This document shows positions 60,778 to 64,000 of a DNA stretch of 64,000 bases, one piece after another. The DNA lies in the NCBI GenBank assembly GCA_963555755.3, contig OY820905.2, forward strand, positions 1,632,001-1,696,000. Direction: 5' to 3'. Made by a program: the position numbers and the translations under genes. The DNA comes from Nitrospirales bacterium (GTDB lineage Bacteria; Nitrospirota; Nitrospiria; Nitrospirales; UBA8639). The notes below the pieces were generated by a model. That model was not told the origin of the DNA. It saw only the letters and a list, made by a program, of their open reading frames with translations, and made no database searches. Each line of letters begins with the position of its first letter. The stretch's first letter is position 1.

Positions 60778-63700
60778 CAGGGCCATTTCATTCTTTTTAT
60801 AAGCAAGTGGTTCCATTAGGTTTTTTTGCTCTCTTTTTCAGGGCAAGGCCATACGGATGGCTACATGCGGCTTGGCCCAGAGCCATCTAAACGCCTGCGC
60901 GATATTGGTGTTGCCTTTCACGCGTAAGAGACTGATGGCATAGCGTCTCAGACAGGTCATGACCATCGGGCCATTGAGCCGTCTGATCTGACTCCGGTCT
61001 TCATCAAAGGTGACATCCAACACATAATGCTGCTTATTCTCCACACTCCAATGGTTCCGGTTTTGCGAGAGGATTTTCTGCGGCGATGCCTTCGCTGGTG
61101 ACTGACTCGTGACTCCGCATACGGTATCTACCGTCGTGATGCCCTTCTTGAGATGCGCGACTTCCCTCTCAATGCAGAAGACTTGCTGCACATGGGGAAA
61201 GGTGACAGAGGCATTCAAGGAGTCGTCACACCAGATCCTACGGGTCGTGATCCGCCCATGGCCTTTATCGGTTGTTTCAGTATCACACCGTCGTACTCGC
61301 AACGCCAAGGCCTCAATGTCGCGTTTCAAGGTCGGCTGGTTCCCCTTGACGGTGAAGACGAAGTCGGCCCCGCGTTCTTGCACAAGGTAATTTGCGATCT
61401 CTTTCTGGGTGAGGAGCGCATCCGCCGTGATGACCTTCCCTTCGATCTCCAGCTCATCGAATAAGGGACGCACGCAGGGGATCTCATTGGTCTTGGTGTC
61501 GACTTTTTTGGGGTGAGGTGGCGCCCCTCGTCATGGGTGACGGCACTGAGGACATGGGTCTGTTCGCTCGGGACCTTCGAAGTCCCCCGCATGGTCTTGC
61601 CATCAATGGCGATGCCCTGATCCTCCCCGCCGAAGGTATCCAGCCACCGGCCGAGCAGGGTATCGACTTCACAGGGGTCGACGGCATTGATAAACCGGTA
61701 GAGAGTGCTGCGGCTTGGGACGAGGTAGCGCCCTCCTCGCTTGGGACAGCCCAGCCGCTTTCTCATCGTCTGGGATAAATGCTGGGCCCAGTCCGCTATG
61801 GCTTCATACCCACGTGCTCCACACAAGGTGGCACAGAACATGATCGCGGTGAGAGCTCGTCGGGCGGATCTTCCCCCCATGTTTGCCACCTAAGCTGTTG
61901 GAATTCTTCAGGGAAAGATTGGATTGCTCTCTGGAATGTAGGCATGTAATTGTTGTTTTATCTTGACTATAATGCTTTATTTATGCTATACATAAAGCAT
62001 GTATATCGCCACCGTTCCTAACCGCACCTCCCCGCCCGCCATTTTATTGCGCGAAAGCTACCGAGCGGGCGGCAAGGTGAAGACCCGGACCCTGGCCAAT
62101 CTGACCTCGTGGCCTCCGGCTCGCGTAGACGCGCTCAAGCGCTGCCTCCGTGGGGATTTCGATGGAACGGAAGACGAGGCGGGCCCCGTGAGTGATCGGA
62201 TCTTTGGCGTCCTCTTCGCCCTGAAAGCGGTGGCCCAACGGGTGGGAGTGGTGTCGGCCTTGGGTCCGAAACGAGTAGCCAAGCTCGCCCTGTTCCTGGT
62301 GCTGGCACGAGTGGCTCATCAGGGTTCGCGGCTGTCAGCCGTGCGGTGGGCCACCGATCATGCGGTCGCTGAGGTGTTGGGATTGCCCGCCTTTGACGAG
62401 GATGACCTGTACGAGGCCTTAGACTGGTTGGGCACCCAACAAGAAGCCATCGAGAAGAAACTGTATCGGGCCTATGTCCAGCGGACCGGCCAGCCACCGG
62501 TCTTGGTGCTCTATGACGTGACCTCCTCCTATTTTGAGGGGGACAAGAATGAACTGGCCGCCTATGGGTATAACCGGGACGGCAAGAAACACAAGAAGCA
62601 GATTGTCATTGGCTTGCTGACAGGGCCGGATGGTGAGCCGCTGGCCGTCACGGTGTTCAAGGGGAATACGGCGGATCCCCGCACGGTCGCCGAGCAGATT
62701 GAACGGATCAAGACCCAGTTCAAGATCACCGACGTCGTGTGTGTGGGGGATCGGGGGATGGTGAAAGCCGCAGGCAAGGCGGCCCTCACCGAGCAGGGAC
62801 TCAAGTACCTCACCGCCCTCACTGACCCGCAGATTCGCACCTTGCTGAAGAAAGATGTGCTCCAACTCAATTTGTTTGATGAGACGATACAGGAAGTGGA
62901 GGATGGGTCTCGTCGGCTGATCCTGCGGCGGAATGAGGCGTTGCGCCACACGGTGGCCACGCGACGTCAGGACAAAGTGGCCACACTGCAGCAGAAGGTC
63001 GCGGCGCGCAATGCGTTTGTTCAGACGGCCAAGCGGGCCACCCCGGCGGCGGGACAGCGGCAGCTGACCCAGTGGGCCAAGAAGCACAAGCTCTCCGCCT
63101 TCACCACCCTCGCCCTGCAGGGGACCCAGCTTGTGGTCGAGATTGATGAGGCCAAGCAGGCCGAGGCGGCCCTGTTGGATGGCTGTTCGGTGCTGGAAAC
63201 CGATGTGGCTCGGGACACGATGGATGCCGCGACGGTGGATGCCCGGTACCGGGACCTGCAACGGGTGGAACGCGACTTCCGGACGATGAAGACGGGCTTG
63301 CTCGAACTGCGCCCCATCTTTGTGCGGAAGGAGAGCCGCACGCGTGGCCATGTCTTTGCCGCGATGCTCGCCCTGAAAGTGGCCCGGGAAGGCGAGCGAG
63401 GCCTGAAGGAGGCGTTTGGGACGACGGAGCAGAGCGCCCAGGCGCTGACCCTTCAAGACGCCCTGGGGGCCCTGTCACGATTGTGTTTCCAACGCCATGC
63501 AATCGGCGGGCAGGAGGTGCTTCAGCTGGCTCGCCCCGATGCTAGGCAGGCAACCATCTTTGCCGCATTGGGGATCACCCCGCCTGCCACCACCACACGG
63601 CCAGCCAAGGTGCATGTGTAGGCAGAGACGTGGCCTCGCCCAAACCGTGACTTCTTCAATGACATCAAAAGGTTAGAGCCAAAAATCCGCCCAAAACTCG

Positions 63701-64000
63701 GGGGAAGATCCGTCGGGGATGCCGTTGCCCTTGCAACTTGCGTGGATCGGTCAGCTTCACCACATAGGTAAACAGGGAGTCCGTCTGCTTGGTATTCAAT
63801 CGCATCTGAGGCACCTTTCCTTTCTGATAGGTCGGATCAAGCATCGGGCGTGCAAGAATCTCTCGGGCTTGGGGATGGAGGCTCTTGACCAGGATGCGTT
63901 TCGGGCGGTCATGCTGAACATACCGCGTATTGGACTTGCGAAACCCGCGTGTCAGCCCGAGCTCCTGCCACCCGGCGGCTCGATAGCAGGTCCCGGTGAA
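60778..64000 (-). mobile_element. Second DUF4338-ISAs1 copy (inverted relative to the first), interrupted by IS1634 and running off the window
   Basis: Near-identical to 39118-41020, including the A6G site; resumes at 63713. Confidence 0.93.
61865..63712 (+). mobile_element. Complete IS1634-family element (transposase 61999-63621)
   Basis: TIR CGGATCTTCCCCC; 5-bp TSD TCGGG; LLRESYR, YDVTSSY, GYNRDGK, VGDRG, VERDFR motifs. Confidence 0.93.

Overview
A Gram-negative surface-glycan (EPS/LPS/glycoprotein) biosynthesis region, probably from a Nitrospirota-like organism (my impression from gene content and the PEP-CTERM tail style; not verified). From 1 to 45 kb it carries SGNH hydrolases, GT2/GT4 glycosyltransferases, several multi-TM GT-C-like transferases (two in tandem), a split wzm/wzt ABC exporter, a nucleotide-sugar epimerase, radical SAM/SPASM genes, a 1464-aa SPASM-GT2-coiled coil-GT4 fusion and two degenerate HD-domain paralogs. 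Several operons share a sigma54 (-24/-12) promoter with tandem TGT-N10/11-ACA enhancer-like boxes about 105-120 bp upstream. From 45 to 55 kb there are housekeeping genes and a UbiA/DprE1/DprE2-like (polyprenyl-phospho-arabinose) triad. Mobile DNA is abundant: IS630, IS1595, IS256, two different IS1634 elements, two DUF4338-ISAs1 copies with an A6G frameshift, reciprocal IS nesting and stacked MITEs. The most striking element is a group II twintron at 56360-59099 (minus strand). An RT-encoding intron sits at the 3' end of catalytic domain V of an ORF-less host intron, and its EBS1 loop is complementary to that domain V sequence. It is flanked by repeated modules containing orphan PEP-CTERM tails and a tRNA-Ser-like 3' end (possible att relic).
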